In this document: piece by piece, positions 47,046 to 57,387 of the stretch
How positions within the stretch are numbered: position 1 is the first letter of the stretch
Layout: each line of letters opens with the position of its first letter
Source of the DNA: a virus
Taxonomy: Duplodnaviria > Heunggongvirae > Uroviricota > Caudoviricetes
IMG/VR virus record: IMGVR_UViG_3300028887_000066
Span: 179,550-243,549 of that record
Direction: 5' to 3' (one strand)
DNA length: 64,000 bases
The notes under the pieces: generated by a model
Told to the model about the DNA's origin: nothing
Seen by the model: only the letters and a program-made list of their open reading frames with translations
The model's database searches: none
Made by a program: the position numbers and the translations under genes

Positions 47046-47555
47046 TTATAGCCCATATATTATCTCTTCTATTTTCTTGTAATCATCCTCCGTAATGCCA
47101 TAGTAACCGTCAGTATGTACGAAAAACGGCAACTGTTCGTCAAGCATATCGGAATCATCATCCACAATGGCATACTTTTCAATGGTAAATGGGATCCCAT
47201 TCTTCCAAAGTTTCTTGGATTCATCCTTTCCCATCGTCTCAATGAAATGGCGGATTTCCTTCCCCCTTATTCTCTCATAGCTTCTAATGGTGACACCTAC
47301 CATATATTGAAGCAATGGTTTCAAGCCCGTATTTTCAAGCTCATTCAGTGTTTGAACATAGTTCCCGTAACGCCACGAGGAATCAAGGACGAATTTCACG
47401 TCCTCATGTTCCTCAAAGAAATGTTTCATTCTCTCTACGGCATCAGGATCTAAGAAATCGGTCATAAACAACCCTTTTCCCGTTTCATTGTAATGTCTCT
47501 CTGCAAACTCCGCAGAATTCAATACACCGTCTATATCAAGAAATATTATTTTCAT
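47046..47555 (-). CDS. HAD-superfamily protein (HAD_SAK_2, RNA-repair-associated)
   Basis: IFLDIDGVLN, SSWR, YAIVDDDSDM and FVHTD..GIT motifs. Confidence 0.8.
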   Translation of the reverse strand: MKIIFLDIDGVLNSAEFAERHYNETGKGLFMTDFLDPDAVERMKHFFEEHEDVKFVLDSSWRYGNYVQTLNELENTGLKPLLQYMVGVTIRSYERIRGKEIRHFIETMGKDESKKLWKNGIPFTIEKYAIVDDDSDMLDEQLPFFVHTDGYYGITEDDYKKIEEIIYGL

Positions 47556-47938
47556 CGTATCAAATATGTGATTTTAATGTTTTGTACTTTAACACCTTTC
47601 GGACACCATTCCTCCCTGAACCAAGTATTGATGTGGGAATTGACCAAGCTTAACTTCTCTTCGTCGATAATTCTATTTACATCACGCCCTTCGTGAAGAA
47701 ACGTACTGTCAACCCAAATATCAAACCATTCCTGTATGCAATGATTAACCGCCCGTACCAAGCAAGCCTCATTTATCGTGAACAAGTAGGTGAAATTCCG
47801 CTTCACTTCAAATTCGTAATATATGCGGACATCTTTTTTGTCCTTGTATTTACCATCAAAATTTGACTGTATTTTTAGCCAAAAAAGTCTGTGTAACATA
47901 ATCAAATACCTCCCTTCTTTCTGTTGCAATCCTTGCAA
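47552..47938 (-). CDS. Hypothetical protein
   Basis: Tiling ORF; likely start MLHRLF. Confidence 0.5.
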   Translation of the reverse strand: MQGLQQKEGRYLIMLHRLFWLKIQSNFDGKYKDKKDVRIYYEFEVKRNFTYLFTINEACLVRAVNHCIQEWFDIWVDSTFLHEGRDVNRIIDEEKLSLVNSHINTWFREEWCPKGVKVQNIKITYLIR

Positions 47939-49014
47939 ATCATCTGAAGATTCTCAGGCAGCGTTTTTCCACCCTTTGACCAAGGAATAATATGATCACC
48001 TTCCATTTCTTCAAATGTGTGATACTCTCCGCAAATGGGGCATATTCCGCCCTGCTTCTCATACGCTGTTCTTTTCTGTGTGTCGGTAAATGCCCGAATG
48101 CTTAGTTTGCGCTCCATCTTACCCTCAGACAAAAGATACTCATAGATACCTTTCTTCGATGTTACATCATCATCAGCCATCAGTTCCTTCACACGCTCCT
48201 CCAGCGCATCTGCATCATATGCGTTATCCTTGTATGCATTATAGAGAATACCCCAATCAATTCCCTTCATTTCTTTCCTGTACTTCGGGAATTTAGCATT
48301 TACCCATTCAATGACATTTTGGAAATATGACCATAATCCTAATGCATCGCTGTCTTTCTGATGTGCAGCCATATATTTTGCAATTCCATCCTTTTCCCCA
48401 TTGGAAATCCAATACAGTGCCTTCTCCAAATAATCCTGTCGAATAGGTGAGCCGTTTACCAACTTGTTTCCAATCTTATATGCGACGCAATTGGTCTTTG
48501 AAAACTTCTTCTTCGCGTCGGTAAGCCAACGGCCTGTATAGTTCGCGTTAAGAAGCTCCTGCTCTGTCAATGGCTGCTGTGCCACATTGATGATTCTGAA
48601 CCAATCAAGCTTCTCCGTATCAGTGCCGCTACAAATATACACATGAATTTTATAATCAAGGATACGCTGTTTCCTGTCTTCAGGAAGATTAGCAAACATT
48701 CTTGGAATACCCTGCTCAAATTCCATAGAGAAATCATTGTTACAGAATTGGCAGATGGAAATAGTGCGCTGCTGACCGTCAAGCAATTCATATGTACCGT
48801 CACCATTATCGGCCCAATACATTGAGTTAAGAGGGAATCCCTTATCTACTGAAACAAGAACGGAATTACGCTGTTTGTCATTGTAAATGAATTCACGCTG
48901 ATATGCAGGACGGATGTTCAGGTTGCCGTTGTATCCGACAACACCTTCTTCATCATTATCTACATAACCCTTGATAAGGTCTCTAATTGCTATTTGCTCA
49001 AATTTAATATCCAT
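47902..49014 (-). CDS. DUF262 (GmrS/ParB-like) + HNH endonuclease
   Basis: RPAYQREFIY, LLDGQQR, F..IN; C-terminal CPICG...GDHIIPWSKGG...NLQMICKDCN. Confidence 0.85.
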   Translation of the reverse strand: MDIKFEQIAIRDLIKGYVDNDEEGVVGYNGNLNIRPAYQREFIYNDKQRNSVLVSVDKGFPLNSMYWADNGDGTYELLDGQQRTISICQFCNNDFSMEFEQGIPRMFANLPEDRKQRILDYKIHVYICSGTDTEKLDWFRIINVAQQPLTEQELLNANYTGRWLTDAKKKFSKTNCVAYKIGNKLVNGSPIRQDYLEKALYWISNGEKDGIAKYMAAHQKDSDALGLWSYFQNVIEWVNAKFPKYRKEMKGIDWGILYNAYKDNAYDADALEERVKELMADDDVTSKKGIYEYLLSEGKMERKLSIRAFTDTQKRTAYEKQGGICPICGEYHTFEEMEGDHIIPWSKGGKTLPENLQMICKDCNRKKGGI

Positions 49015-49123
49015 ATTTTTAAACTTTTTTAATAAATTTTACGTCTAATTTTATCCAGTTCGAAATTATCAAATTTCGTAAAGGTAGTGATGATAAAGAT
49101 TTATCAATTAATGGTAAATGTCC

Positions 49124-50093
49124 TTATTTTAGACTTTTAATTAAAATTCTTGCATAGATTTTTTTACCGCAAATATATGGATACCCAAAATTGTATTGAT
49201 CTATTGTTGTAGAAACCATTTCACCGATAATTTCGAACTGTTCTGGACAATACTTATCGAGGAATGTAATAGGTACACCAATCACACCATCATAGTCCAT
49301 AGGAATATCACAAACCTTATCTACATTAATCGCATCGTAGTTATCATATTTAGGATATTCTTCAGGTGTATAATGCTTATATAGGTCTAACGGTTCGTGG
49401 CGTTTTGTGTGGTCAAGGTTTGTAAACCAACATGCCGTTGCTACACGACCTTTTACATCCCCATCAATAATTTTCCACCCTCCACCTTGTGTTTTAGTAG
49501 TCATAAGTTCTTCTTTGTATTCATTAAGAACATCGAAAAACATATCACTGCCGAGTGATTTTGCCCCAAGCCACATTTTATTCTTCTTGATCAACGGAAA
49601 AATCTCCTTATATGTAATGGCATTCATATTACCAAGGATGAGGTACTTCTTACCATATTCCTCCAATGTGGCTACAAACTCCCTGAAAAGACTGAAAGGT
49701 GGATTAGTTACGATAATATCGGCCTCCTTGATTAATTCAATGCCTTCAGGGGTGTTAAAACCACCATTGCCTTCCAATTCCTGTTTATCCCACTCTTCAA
49801 TATCGGGGATACCATTACTATTCTTATCTCCGTGGTAGCGATAGACGAAACCATGCCCCCCCCCCCATAGAATAAGAGGTACAGATAAGCTCCTTTAAAC
49901 CAAGAATCTCAAAGTTCAGGCTGAAATATGTGGCAAAACCCGTATGCAATGCGTCATTGCAGTTACACAGTATTACCTTATCCTTGAAATGCCGTTTGTA
50001 GTGCTTGCACTCTTTTTCAATGTCTGACAACTGTGTGTAAAACTCGTCGTTCTTTGCTCTCTTTGCCTGATGCAGATTACCATTCTTACTCAT
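49124..50093 (-). pseudogene. EcoRI-family adenine methyltransferase, +1 frameshift at a G11 tract (possibly phase-variable)
   Basis: 5' part has AKNDEFYTQ...KVILCNC; 3' part has IIVTNPPFSLFREF; removing one base of the run at 49856-49866 fuses them into 322 aa. Confidence 0.85.
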
Positions 50094-50225
50094 AAATTTT
50101 TATCTTTTTAATTTATTACTCTTTCATTTATTTTTTGTAATGCAAAGATAAGACTATTTTCGGTAACGGCCAAACAAAAACGGAGAAAACTTTCATTTTC
50201 CCCGTTCATTTATTAAAAATGATAT

Positions 50226-51005
50226 TTATAAGCCACTTTTCTTGTCAATAGCAAGGTGAGCTTGAGCAAAAATATTATCCCAATCTTTTGAGTTGTCCTT
50301 AGGACACTTCAGGAACCTTTTCTTGGATTTCAATTCCTTTAGCCAAGTACGGAAATCGTGCCGTTCTCTTACAGATACCCAAGAGGTAGCAAGTGATTCA
50401 ATCCAATGCCCTTTTCCTTTAAGGTCGAATGTTTTCACAATTTCAAGCATTTCAGCATGTACTTCTTCGGCCCTTGCTATTTCATCAGGCGAAAAAGAAA
50501 ATAATCCGTTTTTGAGTTCAGAGGAACAACGCTTCCCCGTTATAATTGCAGCTCCGTATCTGAACTTAGCCTTCTTGTCTCCATCATTTGCAAGGGCGTG
50601 TTTTGTACACCATTCCTTCAGTTTTACATATGAGACAATTCCTGCTTTAGCATACGAATCAATATAGTCGTCAAGTGACCAATTTTTAGAATTTGTATTA
50701 GCATCAATGATAGCTTGCTTTTCCTCCTCAACTGGTATTTCAACGTACATTACCTTGATTTTCGTATTTGCATCAATTTCTTTGTTTTCAACGAGACTTT
50801 GGTATGCTCTTAACCTGTGCTGCCCATCTACAATGTGGTTTGTTACCTTGTTAATCGTTATTGGCGGCATTGCTTCCATTGAAACTTTGCACTGCTTTTT
50901 AATCTTTTCAAGATGTGCATGATTGTATGCACGATTTTCTTGATTTTTACCGAATTGTTTTGTGTCATCGTAAGACACCAAGTCAAAATTAATAAACTTT
51001 ACCAT
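50226..51005 (-). CDS. ParB/Srx-like domain protein
   Basis: PPITIN...IVDGQHRL motif. Confidence 0.6.
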   Translation of the reverse strand: MVKFINFDLVSYDDTKQFGKNQENRAYNHAHLEKIKKQCKVSMEAMPPITINKVTNHIVDGQHRLRAYQSLVENKEIDANTKIKVMYVEIPVEEEKQAIIDANTNSKNWSLDDYIDSYAKAGIVSYVKLKEWCTKHALANDGDKKAKFRYGAAIITGKRCSSELKNGLFSFSPDEIARAEEVHAEMLEIVKTFDLKGKGHWIESLATSWVSVRERHDFRTWLKELKSKKRFLKCPKDNSKDWDNIFAQAHLAIDKKSGL

Positions 51006-51056
51006 TTTGTTAAACGGCTTTAGAAGGAAAGCCCTACCTTTTTAAAAAAATTATGT

Positions 51057-51431
51057 TTATTTTATCTCTTCCATTCCATTTTCCTTAATCAGTCCCTCAT
51101 AATACTCCACGGCTTCCTGATTTGTATCAAACGCATAGGCGTTGCAAGCACCATGCCACGGTGCATACTGATACTGTACCACCACTTGAGGTCTCATCCA
51201 CACTTCCTTACCCTTAATATACAGGTGAATCGGACCCAACTCCTTAGTCAGTTCAGTAAGTGTTTTCTTTGTTCCTCTATGGTTTACAATAGTGTCTACA
51301 GCTTTGAATGGACTCCACCAATGTTCCTTTTTCCCTTTGATACATACAACTCTTGTTTCTGCCAAGTTTGCATGCGGCATCAGTCTTATTGATGCTATCT
51401 TATTCTTGCATACTGCTTCTCTCATACTCAA
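51057..51431 (-). CDS. Hypothetical protein
   Basis: Tiling ORF. Confidence 0.6.
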   Translation of the reverse strand: MSMREAVCKNKIASIRLMPHANLAETRVVCIKGKKEHWWSPFKAVDTIVNHRGTKKTLTELTKELGPIHLYIKGKEVWMRPQVVVQYQYAPWHGACNAYAFDTNQEAVEYYEGLIKENGMEEIK

Positions 51432-51739
51432 TATCTATCAAAATCATTAATGGATTCTATTGCCGCTTTCAGGATATATTGGGTGCTTCTTTCATCCCTA
51501 TCAATCAAATTTGAAACATTTTTCAATATAAGCTTTGCCAATTTGAATGTTCCATCTTCATCATCGGACAAAAGGTTAATTATTTCTGTAACAAGCTTGT
51601 ACACGTCGTTATAACATCCCGAAACAATCATTTCTGAGATACCATTAACAAATACATCGGATTCAATGTATGTTTCTCCGTGTTTATTTGTCTTTATAAT
51701 GTTGTTTTTCTCGAATTCATTAATATATATCTTTGCCAT
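51428..51739 (-). CDS. Hypothetical protein
   Basis: Tiling ORF. Confidence 0.6.
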   Translation of the reverse strand: MAKIYINEFEKNNIIKTNKHGETYIESDVFVNGISEMIVSGCYNDVYKLVTEIINLLSDDEDGTFKLAKLILKNVSNLIDRDERSTQYILKAAIESINDFDRY

Positions 51740-51746
51740 AATTCAA

Positions 51747-51938
51747 CTATATCTTATTTGGTTGAAATGTTACGAATTCCCTTCTCAGGCGTTGTATAGT
51801 TGCACGGCTTATTTCACAGCCGTTTTCCTTTGACAGCTTAACCACTGTCTTTATGGGTGTTCCCTTCTTCAAAAGATCAATTTCATACTTATAATCGGTC
51901 TCTCTTCTCAGATGCTCTTTTTCCTTATCTTTTCCCAT
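51747..51938 (-). CDS. Small HTH protein (resolvase C-terminal HTH-like)
   Basis: LLKKGTPIKTVVKL...ISRATIQRLRREF. Confidence 0.55.
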   Translation of the reverse strand: MGKDKEKEHLRRETDYKYEIDLLKKGTPIKTVVKLSKENGCEISRATIQRLRREFVTFQPNKI

Positions 51939-51947
51939 AACTAATAA

Positions 51948-52205
51948 TTAAGTTTTCTTAATATATTCAGGTATCTCAGTCCACGCCTCAGGATGCAAAC
52001 CCGACCATGACCAATTACCGTTCTTTCTTTTATATCTTGAACACATAAAATATGATTTCCCATAATCACCTGTATTCACCCCAAGAAACGGGCCGATGTA
52101 TAATGTATTTCTACTTGTGTCCTCCACTATTTTCTTAGGATATATGTCCTCAGGCATATTATTAGGACGGCATTCCTTCCATTCACTCATAGTATTCTCT
52201 CTCAA
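51948..52205 (-). CDS. Hypothetical protein
   Basis: Tiling ORF. Confidence 0.55.
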   Translation of the reverse strand: MRENTMSEWKECRPNNMPEDIYPKKIVEDTSRNTLYIGPFLGVNTGDYGKSYFMCSRYKRKNGNWSWSGLHPEAWTEIPEYIKKT

Positions 52206-52785
52206 ATATGTTTATAACCTCTACATGCTCGTGATACTCCATATATGTATCCTCGTCTATTTCATCAGGCAATTCATTATCAGGCCAACCGACAAACACA
52301 ATGTAGGAATCATCAAACCTGTCCATGTACATCCCTTTTCCGTCATTATCGGAAATAGGGACATCATATACGATGCCGTCATATATTCTTCCGTCCCCCG
52401 TCAGGATTTCAACTTTATCTCCTTTCTTGAACCTCAGTGTCTTTGCATCTCTTCCTTGGAAATTATCTGATGAATACTCCCTTGCCTCCAGTTGATTCCC
52501 GTTTTCATCAAAAAGATATTGAGACCTGAAATCGGTTTCGATAACTTCAACGTCTGTTGGTATCTCTGTTACTAATATATGATGTATGTCTGCATCATTC
52601 AGCATATCAGACGTAATCCCCCTATATGGAGGTTTTATATACTGTTCGATTATCTCATTCAAGCTTTTGCTTGTATATAACTCACAAATCGGATATGAAT
52701 ATCCCGTTTTTGTTACATCATCAAAGTCATCGTCACAATATCCGAATCCTACATATTCAATTTTGTACAGTCTGTCCCCTTTCAT
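52183..52785 (-). CDS. Hypothetical acidic protein
   Basis: 200 aa tiling ORF. Confidence 0.65.
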   Translation of the reverse strand: MKGDRLYKIEYVGFGYCDDDFDDVTKTGYSYPICELYTSKSLNEIIEQYIKPPYRGITSDMLNDADIHHILVTEIPTDVEVIETDFRSQYLFDENGNQLEAREYSSDNFQGRDAKTLRFKKGDKVEILTGDGRIYDGIVYDVPISDNDGKGMYMDRFDDSYIVFVGWPDNELPDEIDEDTYMEYHEHVEVINIFEREYYE

Positions 52786-52935
52786 TTGTTACCTGTTTCT
52801 TTGTTTCCACGTCACATAGATTTTGAATGGTACATTCATTGCACCTACGTTCACATGGTTCGTTTATTGTTGGCTGATACATTATTTATCGTTATTTGAT
52901 ACAAATATACAAAATTGAAAGTATTTATTATTGTT

Positions 52936-53295
52936 ATGAAGTTTATTAATTATCTGAAATCACTCGCTGAAGCCAACAGCGGACAAAGCAGTAAGGCATT
53001 CGCCGTTCTTGCATCAACTCTCATATCATTTATCACGGGTTTGGTATTGTGCTTCGCAATATCATATGATGTATATGTGGATGGTGTTGTGGACTCAAAC
53101 CTTGAGGACATGGGCATTCTCATGCTTTGTATGGGTGGCTTCGTAGGCGGTAGCTCTATATCTAAAATATTTGGGGATCAAGCGGAATCGCGGGCGGCTA
53201 GGCGCAGACACGCATACATACATGACAATAACAGTAACTATAATGACAGCGACGACGATTTCGTACCAAATGAAGATGAGGAAGGTCAACCATAA
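52936..53295 (+). CDS. Two-TM membrane protein, holin-like topology, counter-oriented
   Basis: Two hydrophobic helices and a charged C-tail; function inferred from topology only. Confidence 0.6.
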   Translation: MKFINYLKSLAEANSGQSSKAFAVLASTLISFITGLVLCFAISYDVYVDGVVDSNLEDMGILMLCMGGFVGGSSISKIFGDQAESRAARRRHAYIHDNNSNYNDSDDDFVPNEDEEGQP

Positions 53296-53425
53296 CCTTC
53301 CTCATTTTTTATCCTGTTTAGTAAGATGCCACGCATTGCATTCTTTACAATAGTAAATCCTTTGTTCCTGCCTTCTCCCATTGCTTGAATGCTTGCATGA
53401 TGCAAGTGCCATCATCGCGGCTATT

Positions 53426-53953
53426 TTATCCTTGTAGCGTCTCTTTTTGCACATTTTTGTCTTTGAACAACTTGTTTTTTACACACGTTACGATACTCCC
53501 ATACGATATAGCCCCAAAGTTTCCTTTTCTTTTACACATATCGTAGCCGTCATAATATTTACAGTGTGAGCATTTATTCTTTTGATACTCTATTATATCA
53601 TAATCATAATACTCATCTTCATTTTTCTTCCTTACGATATTCCTTACCCGTTTTTGTATGAATTTACCGTAATGGAATGTACCGTCTATCGTCTTACCGT
53701 AATGATCTTCGTCCCATACACCCTCATAACCGATGTATGCAAATATATCTTTATCGCTTATATCAGTTTCCTCCGTAACAGGGACTAATTTGGTATAACC
53801 TAACTTAGTAGCCTTATCAAGCCAAAACCACTCATGATAAAAGAATGATGTTATAGTACCTTCCACCAATTCACCATCATCGGGAAACAGGACATCATCG
53901 CCTATCTTTAACGGTTTATTTAGCTTATCGTATATGCAAAATGTTTTCTCCAT
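53426..53953 (-). CDS. Hypothetical protein
   Basis: Tiling ORF. Confidence 0.65.
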   Translation of the reverse strand: MEKTFCIYDKLNKPLKIGDDVLFPDDGELVEGTITSFFYHEWFWLDKATKLGYTKLVPVTEETDISDKDIFAYIGYEGVWDEDHYGKTIDGTFHYGKFIQKRVRNIVRKKNEDEYYDYDIIEYQKNKCSHCKYYDGYDMCKRKGNFGAISYGSIVTCVKNKLFKDKNVQKETLQG

Positions 53954-53999
53954 TAAACAAAAACCTATTAAAAGTGTTCACTATAATAAACACTTTTCG

Positions 54000-54287
54000 T
54001 TATTCCTTATTGAAATTACTTAAACTTTGCGGTGTGATGGATGAGAATGCCTGAGGATTCTCCTCATACGCCATTTCAAGCTCGCCTAAGTCCATTTGCC
54101 TTTCAGCTTCCCTTGCAGCTTCGTAGATATTATAATAGCGTCCTACCATCTTGTCACACACATACAGATTGTATCTTGGAAGAAACCGTAAATCTCCATA
54201 AAGATCAACGGGTTTATCCATCAATTCCTTTTTAATTGTTACTTTTGCCATTTTTCTTACATTCGTTTTTAGGTTCGGGTAATTCAA
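54000..54287 (-). CDS. Hypothetical protein
   Basis: Tiling ORF. Confidence 0.55.
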   Translation of the reverse strand: MNYPNLKTNVRKMAKVTIKKELMDKPVDLYGDLRFLPRYNLYVCDKMVGRYYNIYEAAREAERQMDLGELEMAYEENPQAFSSITPQSLSNFNKE

Positions 54288-54651
54288 TCAGTCCGTAATT
54301 CGCCATAAGTTTCTTATAATACTCCTTTGCAGATTTATACGTCTGAAAAAATATCACATTTTCCTTACCATCGACAAATACTATCTTTACCGACGGGTAA
54401 TTCCAAACCTCATGATTCCTTATAAAATGTTCATTGCTTGATATACTCTTTCCGCTTTCTTCACTTCCATAAGAGTATACAATGTGGAAAATATCATCCT
54501 GATATTCCTCATTGGCTATATGAGGAAATGGTAGCCATCTGAAAACACGGTGTTTATCCCCTTCCTTATGGATACACTCATAATATGGGTTTACCGTAGC
54601 ATTGCGTAAAACAATCCTTGATGGTGATTTCGTTACTATTTTCGTGTTCAT
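54232..54651 (-). CDS. Hypothetical protein
   Basis: Tiling ORF. Confidence 0.6.
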   Translation of the reverse strand: MNTKIVTKSPSRIVLRNATVNPYYECIHKEGDKHRVFRWLPFPHIANEEYQDDIFHIVYSYGSEESGKSISSNEHFIRNHEVWNYPSVKIVFVDGKENVIFFQTYKSAKEYYKKLMANYGLIELPEPKNECKKNGKSNN

Positions 54652-55208
54652 CTTCTTGCAGCTTCCTCCTTTTCAAGTCTGTCCCTAATAGTGGTGATAA
54701 TACGCCCCAAATAGTTCTGTCCTTTCCACTTGTTTTCATTTGTAACACCCTTGTCCCATTCGCCCATTCCAATGCCCCAAATGAGGTCTATAGGTGAAGC
54801 CTCTACGAATTTCTTATCCTTGAACTCAGGTGACATGAGTTTTGATTTCAGATTATAGTCCTGACTATATTTCTGTAAGTTCAAATCATAGAAGAGGGCA
54901 TACCTCACTCTATCCCATGCATTTTCCTCATAATTCTTTACCTGACGGCCAAGCCTCCTGCACTTATCAGGGTCATCGGTATTGATTATCTTCTCAGCCG
55001 TTTCAAAATCCTTAAAGAAAAGTGCCTTCAAGAACATGAATCCCTGCTCTGTACTTGTAAAAGTCCATAGCGGTAAAACCAATGAGGGGAATTGAAAACT
55101 TGTTCTCTGATAGTTTGAAAGCCAATCCTTATAGAAAAAAACGTAATCCTTAGTAACTCTCATAGTTTTAATGTATGTTAGAAAATCCTGATTTCCTTCC
55201 CCTGTCAT
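54648..55208 (-). CDS. NADAR family protein (YbiA-like)
   Basis: WLSNY, TSTEQGFMFLKALFF, LGRQVKNY, FVEASPIDLIWGIG and GQNYLG motifs. Confidence 0.9.
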   Translation of the reverse strand: MTGEGNQDFLTYIKTMRVTKDYVFFYKDWLSNYQRTSFQFPSLVLPLWTFTSTEQGFMFLKALFFKDFETAEKIINTDDPDKCRRLGRQVKNYEENAWDRVRYALFYDLNLQKYSQDYNLKSKLMSPEFKDKKFVEASPIDLIWGIGMGEWDKGVTNENKWKGQNYLGRIITTIRDRLEKEEAARR

Positions 55209-55482
55209 CCCATCTTAAATCTACGGATAACGGAGCCGATCTTAACTTGTAAATGTAAATCCACTTTCCGACAGAATACTCAAATTCATCTTCATTGTTT
55301 GAATATTCCTCATAGTCATACTTCTCTTTCTCCTTTTCCCACTTTTTCAGTTCCTCCCTATATTTCTCGAACTTTTTAAGACATTCCTCTTCATTGTCTG
55401 TGAAATATATTGGGTATGGGATGCCTACGTCATAGTCATCACATTCATAGGCATTATAACAGATATAGTAAATTTTATCCAC
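55168..55482 (-). CDS. Hypothetical protein
   Basis: Tiling ORF. Confidence 0.55.
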   Translation of the reverse strand: MDKIYYICYNAYECDDYDVGIPYPIYFTDNEEECLKKFEKYREELKKWEKEKEKYDYEEYSNNEDEFEYSVGKWIYIYKLRSAPLSVDLRWDDRGRKSGFSNIH

Positions 55483-55634
55483 TATAAATCCCCCTTTCTA
55501 TAAGATGCCCCATTTCTATCTCAAAATAGACACATTGAATCGGCAACACATTACTAATCCACTCCCCGATATACTTGTAGTATTTGGGATGCCAATTCAT
55601 TCTGCACCTCCATTCAAGATATGTCTTCAATTTG

Positions 55635-56240
55635 TTATTCATTTGGTAAGTTCCTCTTATTAAATGATAAACCGTCCTTAATATAAACTTTCAGTGTCTC
55701 TGCCGCCTGATGCGCAAGCTGTTCGTTCTTGAAATAATTGCTGTATTCAATGTTTTTCTCGTCATAGTCTGATGCCTGATATGTCTTGCATCTTACTTCG
55801 GCCCTTAACTGCGCACAGACCTCAACGAAATAATAGGATTCCCCCATTTTTGGCTTCCACGCCAAATGCGTCATTTTCTTTTCCTCCGCATTCCACTCAT
55901 ATCTGTACGTCTCCAAGTAATACATTAACAGCCCAGCATCATCTTTATTAGCCAAATGCACATCATCCTTTTTCAATTCCGTGATACCGTATTCTCCATC
56001 GGTATGTACCTCAAAGTCATCATCACTTCTACAAATGGCATAATAAAGAATTTTATCGTCATAAAAATCTTTGAATAGCAAAACGTCAGTACCATTTACA
56101 ATAATGTCACCATCCTTTGCCTCTGTTATTCTCCATTTATCTCTTATAACGATATTTTTGACGATTACTATTTTACCATCAATGACCAATTCCTGATCAT
56201 TCTTCAAAGTTATTTCCATGATAAGTTTTTTTCCTTTCAC
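55635..56240 (-). CDS. Hypothetical phage protein (WRIxEAKDGD...WKPKMGExYY)
   Basis: Tiling ORF. Confidence 0.65.
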   Translation of the reverse strand: MKGKKLIMEITLKNDQELVIDGKIVIVKNIVIRDKWRITEAKDGDIIVNGTDVLLFKDFYDDKILYYAICRSDDDFEVHTDGEYGITELKKDDVHLANKDDAGLLMYYLETYRYEWNAEEKKMTHLAWKPKMGESYYFVEVCAQLRAEVRCKTYQASDYDEKNIEYSNYFKNEQLAHQAAETLKVYIKDGLSFNKRNLPNE

Positions 56241-56255
56241 TACAAAGATACGGTT

Positions 56256-56543
56256 TTATTCTGATTTCTTCAAATCTTTCGGCGACTTTGGGGCCTTCCC
56301 TTTCTTATAAATGTAACAAATGGTTTCGGGAAATTCCGTCTTATTTGCTTCATAGTAATAAAGGACATTGCAGTCTTGATGTATTCTCGATGCTTTCTTT
56401 TTGAACAACGGGTTATCCGCACAAACAATCTCGCATCGCTCGACTTTCACATAGGATTCTGTGTCTTCATCCTGAAACCACTCATCCCAATAACCATAGA
56501 TAACACCGTTTCTTTTCTCTATTTTCTTGTACTTCATAACCAT
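56256..56543 (-). CDS. Hypothetical protein
   Basis: Tiling ORF. Confidence 0.55.
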   Translation of the reverse strand: MVMKYKKIEKRNGVIYGYWDEWFQDEDTESYVKVERCEIVCADNPLFKKKASRIHQDCNVLYYYEANKTEFPETICYIYKKGKAPKSPKDLKKSE

Positions 56544-57004
56544 TACTTATTGTACCAAACTACATGACTGAATTCAGGATTCTCCAAGTCATAAACACAA
56601 CCTAACGGAGACGCATTCAAACTGTATACTTTCTTACCGTCAGAATATTCACCGAAGCCATCATATGACGTAAAACCTCCCATCTTACATATTTCCTTAA
56701 ATTTAGATATAGGGAAAATATGGTCTGGATAGTTACCATCGGTATCTACATTTCTGTATGCCACGCAATCTTCCTTCTTTGTCTTACACCTCATCATAAT
56801 GTCGGCAAATCTGAAATCCCAATAAAGTTCGCTGTCATAGACCAATTTTGAATATTCATCCCAACTAAGATGTGGCTCTACATCATCTATCTTTCTCTTT
56901 TCGTTTTCCCATTTATCCTCTAAAATGGTGGATAAATCCTTCAGTTCCTCATATGACTTATCCTTATATTTTTCTACTAAATGATCAAATCTTCCCATTT
57001 TCAA
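56543..57004 (-). CDS. Conserved phage protein (GGFTxYDGFG...HVVWYNK)
   Basis: Tiling ORF. Confidence 0.65.
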   Translation of the reverse strand: MKMGRFDHLVEKYKDKSYEELKDLSTILEDKWENEKRKIDDVEPHLSWDEYSKLVYDSELYWDFRFADIMMRCKTKKEDCVAYRNVDTDGNYPDHIFPISKFKEICKMGGFTSYDGFGEYSDGKKVYSLNASPLGCVYDLENPEFSHVVWYNK

Positions 57005-57201
57005 ATAGTTTTAAACTTCTTATCTTTCTTCATATGCAAAAACAGGGCATTTTTAAGTGTAATTACCTGTTGAAAAATATGAGCAAAAAGGTACATATTT
57101 CATATTATAAAACATTTCCAAATATATGAAACATATACCACATTTTCAACAAAAAATTCAATATTATTTGACCCTCACTTTCTACCTTAAAAATGAGCGT
57201 T

Positions 57202-57387
57202 TCAAAAGCCCAAAAACGCCTTGAAAATGAGATACCAAGCCCCTCCTTCGGTCATTACCAAGACAAAAGTACCTAAAAAATACCCGAAATTATTTTTCCA
57301 TCCACGCGATTCACATGTAATTTTATTTCTCACATGTGTCGTCCATAACAAGAATAGAATAGCAAGAATGCAAAGTCCTATTTTCAT
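57202..57387 (-). CDS. Small two-TM membrane protein
   Basis: Hydrophobic helices. Confidence 0.55.
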   Translation of the reverse strand: MKIGLCILAILFLLWTTHVRNKITCESRGWKNNFGYFLGTFVLVMTEGGAWYLIFKAFLGF

